The notes beneath the pieces were generated by a model, which did not search any database, was not told the DNA's origin, and saw only the letters and a list, made by a program, of their open reading frames with translations. DNA of 64,000 nt, from IMG/VR virus record IMGVR_UViG_3300032245_001228, one strand, 5' to 3'. Below, piece after piece: positions 9,032 through 18,171 of this stretch. The position numbers were made by a program, and so were the translations under genes. Each line of letters opens with the position of its first letter. Position 1 is the stretch's first letter. The DNA is from an uncultured virus (IMG/VR IMGVR_UViG_3300032245_001228) (Duplodnaviria > Heunggongvirae > Uroviricota > Caudoviricetes).

Positions 9032-9535
9032 ATGTACACATACATACTAGTAATTGTATTTCTTGCTATTGCTATTGCCCCGCAGCTTTTGGCGGTGTGG
9101 TATATCAAATGGGAAAACAAGAAAGAAACCATTGCAGAACAGTTTGTTAAGGAAATGATTTCTGCTATTGACGACATTTTGTTCCAGAGGCCATTGCAAG
9201 AAAAGATAAAGCAATTTGTAAAAGTAGGGTTTCCAACACATAATGTAATTGACATTGGTCAAAACGATGTTGACTACTACGATGGAATTGATAACTACAC
9301 TTTTACAAACGAAGAAGAGATCAATGATCTTGATTTCTATGCGGAATCACTTAATCATGAAATTGAACGTTTATCCTGGGATGGAAGTACCGACAGAGAC
9401 GGTATTCGACGTCACAATGGAAACATCAAGTGCGGTATACAACTGTATCATGATGGATCATATGTTTCCCACAACAAGGGTACTTGGGCACGTTCACATG
9501 GACTCCGCGGCAATAAACCAAAAACACATAAGTAA
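9032..9535 (+). CDS. Membrane-anchored hypothetical protein
   Basis: AAGGAG RBS; N-terminal TM; enclosed by a 35-bp inverted repeat. Confidence 0.7.
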   Translation: MYTYILVIVFLAIAIAPQLLAVWYIKWENKKETIAEQFVKEMISAIDDILFQRPLQEKIKQFVKVGFPTHNVIDIGQNDVDYYDGIDNYTFTNEEEINDLDFYAESLNHEIERLSWDGSTDRDGIRRHNGNIKCGIQLYHDGSYVSHNKGTWARSHGLRGNKPKTHK

Positions 9536-9718
9536 ATAATAAATTAATTACTTACCCGTACGCATACATGGGTTGTAATGGTATACCTGAAAAATAAATA
9601 ACAGTAATACAGTTAATCAACTCTGATGTGAGTTGTAAACACCATGGGACTTAGGTTCTGTGGTGTTTGATGTTCACATCGTGTGAGCAGTAATAACAAA
9701 CAAAAGGAGAAAGTAATC

Positions 9719-9991
9719 ATGTACCAGATCAAGAATTGGATCCTCAACCACAAGGTGGCTGTAGGTATAACGCTTGTTCTATTCACCCCACTAGTATCTG
9801 TAGTATTTGGTGCTATAGGCATACTGTTCAATACTGTATTTGCAGTGTTGGGTTTTGTCCTTGGCATGTTGAATGCGACAGGTGTGACAATCATCTTGCT
9901 TGCGGGCCTTGGCTATGCATGTAAGCGTGTATGGGATTATACAAATAGCTCAAACGAGAGCTTTGAAGAAGAAGGAAATTGGCTGAAATGA
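9719..9991 (+). CDS. Membrane protein
   Basis: AAGGAG RBS before ATG 9719; long hydrophobic segment. Confidence 0.7.
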   Translation: MYQIKNWILNHKVAVGITLVLFTPLVSVVFGAIGILFNTVFAVLGFVLGMLNATGVTIILLAGLGYACKRVWDYTNSSNESFEEEGNWLK

Positions 9992-10014
9992 AAACCTCAA
10001 CAAAGGAGAAAGTA

Positions 10015-10314
10015 ATGAGCAAGCGCAAGAAACTTACGATTCTTTGGGCAATCACATTAACGATTGTTTCGGGAATCATTGTTAAGCAATTGACAGAAAC
10101 AAAGGTTGTATACTGCGATGCAGATATGGCTGTTATTTCTGGTGATGTTAACACTGTTTGGGAAACGGCCAAGACATGGTGTCATGGAGACAGTACCACA
10201 AACATGGTTGATGTAATCCTTAACATGGAATCAAACAAGAACCTTGATGTGTCAAAGCTTCATTTGGGAGCTGTTGTGTTTCTGCCAACATTAAGAGAAA
10301 AGGCAGATAACTAA
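10015..10314 (+). CDS. TM plus LysM-like domain protein (YneA-like architecture)
   Basis: N-terminal TM, SGD..TVWETAK...LHLGAVVFLP. Confidence 0.6.
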   Translation: MSKRKKLTILWAITLTIVSGIIVKQLTETKVVYCDADMAVISGDVNTVWETAKTWCHGDSTTNMVDVILNMESNKNLDVSKLHLGAVVFLPTLREKADN

Positions 10315-10489
10315 AAGTAAGTAAGTGACCTGAGCAGGTCGTTAAAAGGCTCCGTCTTGTTGCATCTGACGTACGGCGATGCAGGAACCCACCGTTAACC
10401 CAGAGGTGGAGTAGCTAGTAGCTCACAGGGTTATGAATCTTGTTGTCCGGGTTTAAGAAAACCATCTTAAACAAACAACAGGAGAAAGC

Positions 10490-10900
10490 ATGATAAAAGA
10501 AACCAGAGTAGACAGGTGGGAATCAAAAACAAACCTGTCAATAAAATTATCAGCAGAAGAAGTCTTTGCGTTGATACCAAAACATTTCACTAACGCAGAA
10601 AGGGTTAAAGTTTTAACCCCATTTGCTAAATTTTGGGATCGTCAGCACAGTGAGTTAGAAATGCGTCTTCATAATCGGCTTATTCAAGTATTAGAATATC
10701 GTCGCTGTGAGACTGAATTTCGTAAGCGGTTCGGTACATGGGGAGGACCTGACAATCTAACCCTGAAATGGGACTATTCTGCTATTACGGAGATGATATA
10801 CGAAAAAGATTCGTCATATCGCTCTGATAAATATACTCGGAAAGAAATTAAGGAAAATCTTAATTCTTTTTCTGAGTTAATTAACAAGTTAAGTAAGTAA
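10490..10900 (+). CDS. Hypothetical protein
   Basis: AGGAG RBS; flanked by a 15-bp inverted repeat. Confidence 0.7.
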   Translation: MIKETRVDRWESKTNLSIKLSAEEVFALIPKHFTNAERVKVLTPFAKFWDRQHSELEMRLHNRLIQVLEYRRCETEFRKRFGTWGGPDNLTLKWDYSAITEMIYEKDSSYRSDKYTRKEIKENLNSFSELINKLSK

Positions 10901-10938
10901 GTAAAATCCGGACAACAATTAAGTAAGTAAAACACAAA

Positions 10939-10981
10939 AGATTTCCCTGGGGACTTCGGTCCCTGGGGAATCTTTTTTTTT
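10939..10981 (+). terminator. Intrinsic terminator, repeat family copy 1
   Basis: agatttccctggggac-ttcg-gtccctggggaatct then T-run. Confidence 0.85.
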
Positions 10982-11032
10982 AATGACTAGGACAAAGGTC
11001 ACTAGTCAATGGCTCTAGGAGGGGCCATAACC

Positions 11033-11344
11033 ATGATAAAAATGATCAATACACCGAGGAACTATTCTCCTCAAGAAGTGCAAGACCAAGAGGAATACTA
11101 TTGGGTAGTAAGCCTTTGTGCTGGCCATCCTGAAGATGATGATGATGTAGCTATTCTTTTCGGTAGTTTCCGTGAGCTTGTCACCAAGAAGCACGAGCGT
11201 GCTATAGAGTTGGCAGATAAATGGCTCAATCAGGGAACAAGACTGTCGGATGGTCGCCAGTTGTTCGTTAAAATTGAGACAATGAAAGTTACGTCATCAG
11301 TTGTTTACGTTAAGTCAACAGAAGAAGCTATTTACCTTAAGTAA
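11033..11344 (+). CDS. Hypothetical protein
   Basis: GGAGG RBS before ATG 11033. Confidence 0.65.
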   Translation: MIKMINTPRNYSPQEVQDQEEYYWVVSLCAGHPEDDDDVAILFGSFRELVTKKHERAIELADKWLNQGTRLSDGRQLFVKIETMKVTSSVVYVKSTEEAIYLK

Positions 11345-11379
11345 GTAGCTACCTACATTAAGTAGGATCCTCAAAGAGA

Positions 11380-11427
11380 AGATTTCCCGGGATGGTACCC
11401 TCTGCCATCCTGGGAATCTTTTTTTTT
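11380..11427 (+). terminator. Intrinsic terminator, repeat family copy 2
   Basis: agatttcccgggatgg...ccatcctgggaatct then T-run. Confidence 0.85.
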
Positions 11428-11481
11428 AATGACTAGTGAACAGGTCACTAGTTTCTTAACTAACTCTTAAAGGAGAAGATA

Positions 11482-11784
11482 ATGAGGCAATACGAGTTTT
11501 GTAGCTGTTGGCGTGTGCTAACAGTAAGCGAAGCTATTTCAGACATCAATGATGAGATGAAGGAATTCATTGAAACAAAGACGGATGAAGATAGGGCAGA
11601 TGAGAAATCAGATGTCATTTGGGGCTTGGGGCGTTTGCTTGGAGCTAAGAGTGGAATTCACTACGTTGAAATGGATGGAGATGAATTGCATTACCAGAAA
11701 ATTACAGAACGGATGAATAAGTATTCATGCATTCGTTCTTACAAGAAGCGTTGCACGAAAGAAAAAGGAGATGCAAATGAATAA
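11482..11784 (+). CDS. Hypothetical protein
   Basis: AAGGAG RBS. Confidence 0.65.
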   Translation: MRQYEFCSCWRVLTVSEAISDINDEMKEFIETKTDEDRADEKSDVIWGLGRLLGAKSGIHYVEMDGDELHYQKITERMNKYSCIRSYKKRCTKEKGDANE

Positions 11785-12232
11785 GTTGGCATTGATTGAT
11801 ATCGATGGAACTTTAGTTTCTGCAACTGAATTTGATGAAACAAAAGCCAAGGTGCCGGAGTACATCAATTATTGGAACAAGCAGACCATGAATGCTGAAG
11901 TCTTCTACGAAGGCATTAAGCAGTTGAAGCGGTTACATGCCTTAGGGTATGTATTAATTGTTCTTACGGCTCGTGATACAACTTGCAAGCCGTTTACAGT
12001 TAAGAAGCTCAAGGAAATGGGAGTTTACCACATGATTACGGGAGTATGGCACAGGCCCGTAGAAATGAATGGCTTGGCTCCAAGTCATGTAAAAGATGTT
12101 CTCATTCCAAGGATTGAGAATCGTTACAAGAATAAGTTTGTAGTTGCAATGGAAGACAGCAACCATGCAATTATGAAGAAGCACAACATTGTTGTCATTG
12201 ATGCAAATACCTACAACAAAGGAGAAAAGTGA
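11771..12232 (+). CDS. HAD-superfamily phosphatase (PNK 3'-phosphatase-like)
   Basis: DIDGTL motif I, LTAR motif II, K, MEDS motif IV. Confidence 0.8.
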   Translation: MQMNKLALIDIDGTLVSATEFDETKAKVPEYINYWNKQTMNAEVFYEGIKQLKRLHALGYVLIVLTARDTTCKPFTVKKLKEMGVYHMITGVWHRPVEMNGLAPSHVKDVLIPRIENRYKNKFVVAMEDSNHAIMKKHNIVVIDANTYNKGEK

Positions 12233-12234
12233 AC

Positions 12235-12792
12235 ATGTCAACAAACAACAACAAATTCCAGTCAAGGCTGGAGGCAATCTCAAGAGCTGAGGTTGTTTTC
12301 ATTGAAAGCTGGGGTTGTTATCAGCTTCAAGTTGAATCAAGTGACAACCGGTTAACAAGTGGATCGTTAACTTATACGCAATACAAGAATGTGTTTGATG
12401 AAGAAACATCATACTCTTTTGTTGGCGTTTCAGACGACGGTGCAATTGTCAATGGTTACATCCATAGTGGATCAAGCATGATTGGTCGTGGTTATGGAGG
12501 TGACTCATTTGAGTTAACTATGAATGATGGTTCGCACAAGGTTATTAGTGGACCTTGGAGTGGAAGGCCATCAATCCATATGCGTAATAGTGGTATTGAA
12601 TACACTGAAGTTAGAGTTGGTTATAGTTTAATTGGATTTTCAAAGGAATTCATTCAAGCTATAATTGATCACTTTAAACTCGATGCTTGTGTTAAATTAA
12701 TATCATCAGATATACCAGCTCATTTGCATTTGGGTCACATAAAAGAAGAAATTGAGTTGCAAGTAACAAACAACAACCAAGGAGGAAAATAA
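12235..12792 (+). CDS. Hypothetical phage protein
   Basis: AAGGAG RBS; GYGG..F....DG....ISGPWS motif. Confidence 0.7.
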   Translation: MSTNNNKFQSRLEAISRAEVVFIESWGCYQLQVESSDNRLTSGSLTYTQYKNVFDEETSYSFVGVSDDGAIVNGYIHSGSSMIGRGYGGDSFELTMNDGSHKVISGPWSGRPSIHMRNSGIEYTEVRVGYSLIGFSKEFIQAIIDHFKLDACVKLISSDIPAHLHLGHIKEEIELQVTNNNQGGK

Positions 12793-12794
12793 AC

Positions 12795-13010
12795 ATGTTG
12801 CGTAATTTCAACAACACTTTCTGCGAATGGTGCAGGGAGTGGGTATGGGCAGGGACTGGTGTTTACCACAATTTCAATGGTGGAACAACACTCTGTGAGA
12901 CATGCAACGAGTTGAGGAATCACAAGCTCAACAGCAAAACAAAGAAGGCAAAGAAGGTCCGGAAGTTCAATGAGGTCCAACCAAGCCTATTCGACGAGGA
13001 AGGGAAATGA
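12795..13010 (+). CDS. Small zinc-binding protein
   Basis: CEWC...CETC; GGAGG RBS. Confidence 0.65.
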   Translation: MLRNFNNTFCEWCREWVWAGTGVYHNFNGGTTLCETCNELRNHKLNSKTKKAKKVRKFNEVQPSLFDEEGK

Positions 13011-13939
13011 CCATGTATTTGTACAGCAGGGCACTAACTAAATGTAGTCATTGTAATACTTGTCATCAGACCATTGATGAAATTAAGTTTTGCAACGATC
13101 TAATCGATACCAAAACAGGAAAGAAGGAAATCATGAAGCCATTCAAACCAGGGGTTAAAGTGAGGTGTGTAACAAGGCCTCACATAACAGGCACCGTAAA
13201 GTGGGTTAAGTTGGAACCTAACGGTGTATATGTTAACCGTCAGAATTCACGTGGAAAATGGAAGCTTGTTGAAAAGATACCCAAAGGAGGGTACACAATA
13301 GCCATCAAGTGGGATCCAATTCCACAAATTGGTTATTACCCAGAGTTTCCTCCACACGGTCTACAGAACCCCAAGACAATTGAACTAGTCCCCCAAGAAA
13401 ATGTCAATCAACAACAAACAACTACCAAGGAGGTAGCAGTAATGTCAAATCAACCAACAACAACAAATCGGGAGGTAAAACCGATGTCAAAGTGCAAACA
13501 TCAAATCTGGGATTGGAAGTTAATTCCAGGGCAAGTAAACACAGACTATAAAGCAGTTTATTGTGAGCTGTGTGGAGAACAATTGGCTCAACTTGCACCA
13601 AAAGAAAATCCAATGACGGTTAAGCAAATAAACTTCATCCGTTCTTTGTTTAAAGAAGTTGGAGAACTAATGACCATTGATGAGCAAGAGTCTTTGATTG
13701 CAAAGATGAATGCACATAAGAATGGAACACATGTTCTTACAACCAAGTGGGCGTCAGCAGCAATTGACAAACTCAAGGCATACAAGCCTAAGCCTGTTAA
13801 GCCTGTCCAAGTTAAAGATGAGGATGAGCCATTTGGCAAAGTTCAATGCCCTGTATGTGACGCACAGTATCAGCCAGAAGAGATGGGCGGATCAGGCACT
13901 GAAGTATTCGTTAACGGATGCATCGCATGTCTGCGTTAA
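13007..13939 (+). CDS. Modular hypothetical protein with several Cys pairs and internal RBS-ATG sites
   Basis: 310-aa ORF; GGAGG plus in-frame ATG at 13442 and 13484. Confidence 0.7.
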   Translation: MTMYLYSRALTKCSHCNTCHQTIDEIKFCNDLIDTKTGKKEIMKPFKPGVKVRCVTRPHITGTVKWVKLEPNGVYVNRQNSRGKWKLVEKIPKGGYTIAIKWDPIPQIGYYPEFPPHGLQNPKTIELVPQENVNQQQTTTKEVAVMSNQPTTTNREVKPMSKCKHQIWDWKLIPGQVNTDYKAVYCELCGEQLAQLAPKENPMTVKQINFIRSLFKEVGELMTIDEQESLIAKMNAHKNGTHVLTTKWASAAIDKLKAYKPKPVKPVQVKDEDEPFGKVQCPVCDAQYQPEEMGGSGTEVFVNGCIACLR

Positions 13940-13980
13940 ATCAACCAAACAACCAACCAACAAATGGGGAGGTAAAACCC

Positions 13981-16900
13981 ATGGAAGAAATAAAGACGCC
14001 AACAGCACCAGCTGAGGCACTGGTAAAGCTAGAACGGCTAAATCCAGAAACAATCAATCACATTGTAGGCTTGCTTGAAAAGGATGTAGTTCCTAATCTG
14101 CAGGCTGACGTCAGCAATTATGCAAAGGGGCGTATGCGCGTATGGTTGCCATATGAAGCACCTTTGGATAGCCCACAGTCATTTAATCGTCCGTTTATTC
14201 CTGGACTATTGTATGATGAACTTTGGCAATTCATTGTTGATCTTTGCGCAAAGCATGGCTTTACGGCACAAGTTGCTCTTGCATCAAAGGGTGGATCAAT
14301 TAAGCCGCATAGGGATACAACTTATGCAGCTGAATGGTCATTTGCTATAAATCTTGGCGAGTGCGATTGGTCTATTTCCTCTAGCCGTGATCTAGCAAAG
14401 CCGGATTATTCAATGCATCTGAAGGGTGGTGAAGTGTTCAAGTTTAATTGTAAGCATGTTCACTCAGTATCTAATGTTGCTCCGAATAGGTGGGCAATCA
14501 ATGTTTGGGCAATTGCAAGCACAAACGCAGCAAGGAAAGTAAACATCGATCAAAGACTGCAAACAATGCTGGACGAAAATCCTCAGGTTGCAGAATTTAT
14601 TGATAAACATAAACCAACAACAGATGGGGAGGTAAAACCCATGAAGCAAGAAACACCACAACAAAAGCTCAAGCGGCTGACGCAAGAGCCTCAACCACAA
14701 CCACAACAGAAAGGGGATCAAGTGATCTCATACATCAATGATTGCTTCCACGTGGTAACCAACAATCCTACACCAGAGGAGGCAAAGGGTTACCAGCAAG
14801 CAATGAAGACAGGCAAACCATTCAAGATGGGAAAGACTATCCGCAAGGGTGGCAATGGAGAGTACACACATAACCTGTGGCTCATGCCAATTCTTACCGG
14901 TGACACTTACCACTATGGCTTACTTGAGAAGATGCTTTCTAGCCGCGGCAAGAGCTTTACTCTTACCATGGTTAAGAACTCTGAACTTAAGACATGGATG
15001 GACAAAGATGGAGGCAATGTTCAAGATCTCGTGTCCAACAGCAACTTTGCTTGGGCAAACACTGAACACAGCTTCTTCTTGAAGACACGACTGGATAACA
15101 CCTGGACTTTGGAAGATCTTGGTCTGATTGTTTACAACATGAAGAAGACACCAAAGCGTTTGCAAGAAATTCCACGGTTTACACAAATCTACACAAAGAG
15201 CTCAGAGAATAAGCTCACTGTAGATGTGTGGACAGATAAGCGGATGGAAGAGTATTATCAGCATTACGGCATGAGCTACAACCCAGCAACAGAGCAGGTA
15301 ATGTTCGACGGTCCAATCATGATGAGGAAGACTGCATTCGTCAAGATGTGCTTGAGTATTAAAGATACAAGTGCACGTCGCCGGATGATTTGGATTGCAC
15401 ACAACGATCCTCAGCCATTCATTGCTCGTTACATCTCTTCTGATGGATTGATCAAGGGTATGTTGATTCTTGTTGAAGATGTAGACATCTCAGCAGATAT
15501 CGTATGCCACGAAGCAAACTTGAAGAAAGAAATGTTCATTGATGACAATGGCTTTAGCTTTGTTGCTTGGCCGCTGGATTCACTGTATGAAGTTACTTGG
15601 GATGATCAATCAAAGATCAACAACCCATGGCTTTATACTCAGGAGCGTTTCAACTTGGAGTTGGATTCGTTGCTTGAAGATTTCAAGGCAGAAGTTGAGA
15701 AGGGCGAAATCCCACAATGGATGCTTACAAATCCAACAGCACAAAGCGAAGAAAGCAATGGTGTTACAAACGAGAACAATGAATTGCAAGAGTGGCAAGC
15801 CAACTACGAAAAGTGGCAAGAAGCTGGCTATTCATTGTATGACAGTTCAAACTTCATGCATCTTGCATTTGGTCAGCTGTCAAACCGTATGTCATCTTCA
15901 TTGCGTAATCAGCGTATGTGGCTTCCAATGTCGAATGCATTCTTGGCTCCAGTTATCACCTACGAAGCACTGCAGATTCTCGGTGGATTGAATCTTCCAT
16001 CAGATAAAGCAGATGTCGTTTGGTATGACAAGCGCTTCGGTGCAGTTATCCCAGGTGACCGCTTTGCTGAGACAGCAGACCTTCACGATACATGGGACCA
16101 AGACGGTGACATGGCTCGCTTTATTCGCATCAAGCTTTGGTGCAGTGATCTCAAGATTAATAATATTATGGCAGAGCATGCTGTAATTGCACGTAATCTT
16201 GTATTGCCAACCACTCCAGAAGAAGCAATCGATATGGTTGTTGTTGTCCGTTCACCAAACGGTCCTGGTGGTTACAGCATCGAGCTTTATGACGAATGCA
16301 CAATGCCATTCATGCGTGTCAAGGAAGAGTTTGTTCAGGTTATTGACCTTGCAAATGCAACCTTGCCAATGCCTGTCTTGTTTGCAGATACCACAACCAG
16401 TGATGAACTGACTAACATCTTGAAAGAAGCACAGTACAGTCGTGATGAAATGACTGCAGACAATGCTCTTGACATGATCCATGCTCAGTTGAATAACCCT
16501 GGCTTTGGTAGCTTTGTTAACTGCTTGATGGTTCGTAGCGCAGTCTTTGGACCATCTTACCCAGCTAACATGCCAGCTAACGGTAACGACATTATCGATA
16601 CAACGGCACAGACAGCTAACATTGATGCATTCGTGTTCATTAAGGATTCAGTCTCACAAATGTGGGATCAACTCTTTGATGATATTGTTGACTCAGGTAA
16701 GGAAGTAGATGCTTATCTGGTTGACCGTATGCCAAAGTTGTGGCGTGAACAGCTTGCTGATGTTGACTTCCCTCTGTGTGATGGACCGTTCACTCAAATG
16801 AACATTAAGTACAAACAAGTGCTTAAGGACATCCAAGCTGAGACGCAGGCAACAATGCACCTTCGTTCACGTTCTGAGCTAATTGTTAAACTTCAAGAAG

Positions 16901-17349
16901 CTATTCCTACATTGTCTGATTCATACCAGGCTGTGTTCGAAGACTTCTACTCACGTCACATGCGCAAGATTCGTGTATGGGACGAGAAGAAGACAGAACG
17001 CAAGGCAGAAGAAGCAGAAAGCAACAGCCGTTACTTTAAAGCTTGGAACGCAGTGTTCACATCCAATGAACTCGAAGGATTGGTCAACGACATGGTGTCT
17101 GAGGTCAATACCTTCGCAAAGGACAAGAACATTGACCCAAACAAGTTTGTTGTTGCTCTGTACCGCTGGCTCACGGATCCAAAGATGTGCTATGTTAAAG
17201 CATGGCATGAGGGACGTGGCGAGTATGTCAAGTCAAACAGCAATCTGCGTTATGGCATGGTGGATCGTATCATCTTCCAAGCCGGCAAGCGTGGACAGGT
17301 AACACTGATGGATATGCTCATCCAGGGCCTCAAGAACATGGGGCTCTAG
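13981..17349 (+). CDS. 2OG-Fe(II) oxygenase domain fused to QDE-1/YonO-like two-barrel RNA polymerase
   Basis: N-term IKPHRD...HSV...RWAIN; then MFDGPIMM, FIARY..GLIKGMLIL, DQDGD (16096-16110), VVVRSPN; GGAGG RBS before ATG 13981. Confidence 0.7.
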   Translation: MEEIKTPTAPAEALVKLERLNPETINHIVGLLEKDVVPNLQADVSNYAKGRMRVWLPYEAPLDSPQSFNRPFIPGLLYDELWQFIVDLCAKHGFTAQVALASKGGSIKPHRDTTYAAEWSFAINLGECDWSISSSRDLAKPDYSMHLKGGEVFKFNCKHVHSVSNVAPNRWAINVWAIASTNAARKVNIDQRLQTMLDENPQVAEFIDKHKPTTDGEVKPMKQETPQQKLKRLTQEPQPQPQQKGDQVISYINDCFHVVTNNPTPEEAKGYQQAMKTGKPFKMGKTIRKGGNGEYTHNLWLMPILTGDTYHYGLLEKMLSSRGKSFTLTMVKNSELKTWMDKDGGNVQDLVSNSNFAWANTEHSFFLKTRLDNTWTLEDLGLIVYNMKKTPKRLQEIPRFTQIYTKSSENKLTVDVWTDKRMEEYYQHYGMSYNPATEQVMFDGPIMMRKTAFVKMCLSIKDTSARRRMIWIAHNDPQPFIARYISSDGLIKGMLILVEDVDISADIVCHEANLKKEMFIDDNGFSFVAWPLDSLYEVTWDDQSKINNPWLYTQERFNLELDSLLEDFKAEVEKGEIPQWMLTNPTAQSEESNGVTNENNELQEWQANYEKWQEAGYSLYDSSNFMHLAFGQLSNRMSSSLRNQRMWLPMSNAFLAPVITYEALQILGGLNLPSDKADVVWYDKRFGAVIPGDRFAETADLHDTWDQDGDMARFIRIKLWCSDLKINNIMAEHAVIARNLVLPTTPEEAIDMVVVVRSPNGPGGYSIELYDECTMPFMRVKEEFVQVIDLANATLPMPVLFADTTTSDELTNILKEAQYSRDEMTADNALDMIHAQLNNPGFGSFVNCLMVRSAVFGPSYPANMPANGNDIIDTTAQTANIDAFVFIKDSVSQMWDQLFDDIVDSGKEVDAYLVDRMPKLWREQLADVDFPLCDGPFTQMNIKYKQVLKDIQAETQATMHLRSRSELIVKLQEAIPTLSDSYQAVFEDFYSRHMRKIRVWDEKKTERKAEEAESNSRYFKAWNAVFTSNELEGLVNDMVSEVNTFAKDKNIDPNKFVVALYRWLTDPKMCYVKAWHEGRGEYVKSNSNLRYGMVDRIIFQAGKRGQVTLMDMLIQGLKNMGL

Positions 17350-17585
17350 GATGAGTATTATCCTACTCTTCTTATTCTAAAATAGCCCCACGAGATACTC
17401 CTAGTATCACTGGTCTGGCTTTGCTTCTTTTTCTCTTCAACGAGATTCTAAACGGTTTTCTGCGGTTTGGCCCCCATGACGGGTCCAGCCGTTGAATAAG
17501 TCGGGGTTTTGAAAACCTCGCCTACTGGCAACATCGGGTTGCTGGTAGTTTATGTGACTACGGTCACGGAAAGGAGTTGGGTCTA

Positions 17586-18092
17586 ATGACTCTTCTCATC
17601 ACTAAGGTAGGTGCACCTACAACGCACACACAAAACTTGAAGGACGGCTCAGGCTCGTTTGACAAGACCGAAGTTCCTGTAACACTACGGGCTAAGTTCG
17701 GTGAGGAAGCAGGCTTCGACATTAGTGTAAACTACACTGTCTGGCTTAATGCAAGCAAGTGTCGCAAGGTCATTGCAATTGCTCAGGCATTCATTGATGG
17801 CACGGCCACCGATAAGAACGGTGAACTGTATCACCCAAACTGCCGTCTTGCCGTTGTAAACGACAGCGAATGCTTCAACTTTGGCAAGCGCAAGGCAAAT
17901 GATGGTTATTTGGACAGCCAAGCAATCTGGTTGAAGGACGATGTATTCTTCACCTATGACATTGGTGAATTGTCTGTTTCGCCTGAGCGTGGCAACATTG
18001 ACGACCTCGATATCCTTGTTGATTTCCGTGGCACCGCTTTGCTTGCAACTGCTGTTGTTCCATCCGACGCAACAATGGATGAGCCTTTCTGA
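17586..18092 (+). CDS. Hypothetical beta-rich protein with acidic-PF tail (SSB-like candidate)
   Basis: AAGGAG RBS; ends MDEPF. Confidence 0.65.
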   Translation: MTLLITKVGAPTTHTQNLKDGSGSFDKTEVPVTLRAKFGEEAGFDISVNYTVWLNASKCRKVIAIAQAFIDGTATDKNGELYHPNCRLAVVNDSECFNFGKRKANDGYLDSQAIWLKDDVFFTYDIGELSVSPERGNIDDLDILVDFRGTALLATAVVPSDATMDEPF

Positions 18093-18113
18093 GCTTGTCC
18101 TGAGTTGCCTTTT

Positions 18114-18171
18114 GGTGTCAGTCAGGTCGGTGTGCCTCCCCGCACATCGGCTTGGCTGACATCTTTTTTTT
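18114..18171 (+). terminator. Long-stem intrinsic terminator
   Basis: ggtgtcagtcaggtcggtgtgc / gcacatcggcttggctgacatc plus T-run. Confidence 0.85.

Noticed and set aside
8336..10433. Hammerhead or complete pistol ribozymes
   Set aside because: No CUGANGA...GAAA core with proper stems; pistol P2/P3 and cleavage-site elements not found
14120..17302. Many short alternate-frame and antisense ORFs here and within other long genes
   Set aside because: Shadow ORFs of well-supported genes, without RBS or recognisable motifs
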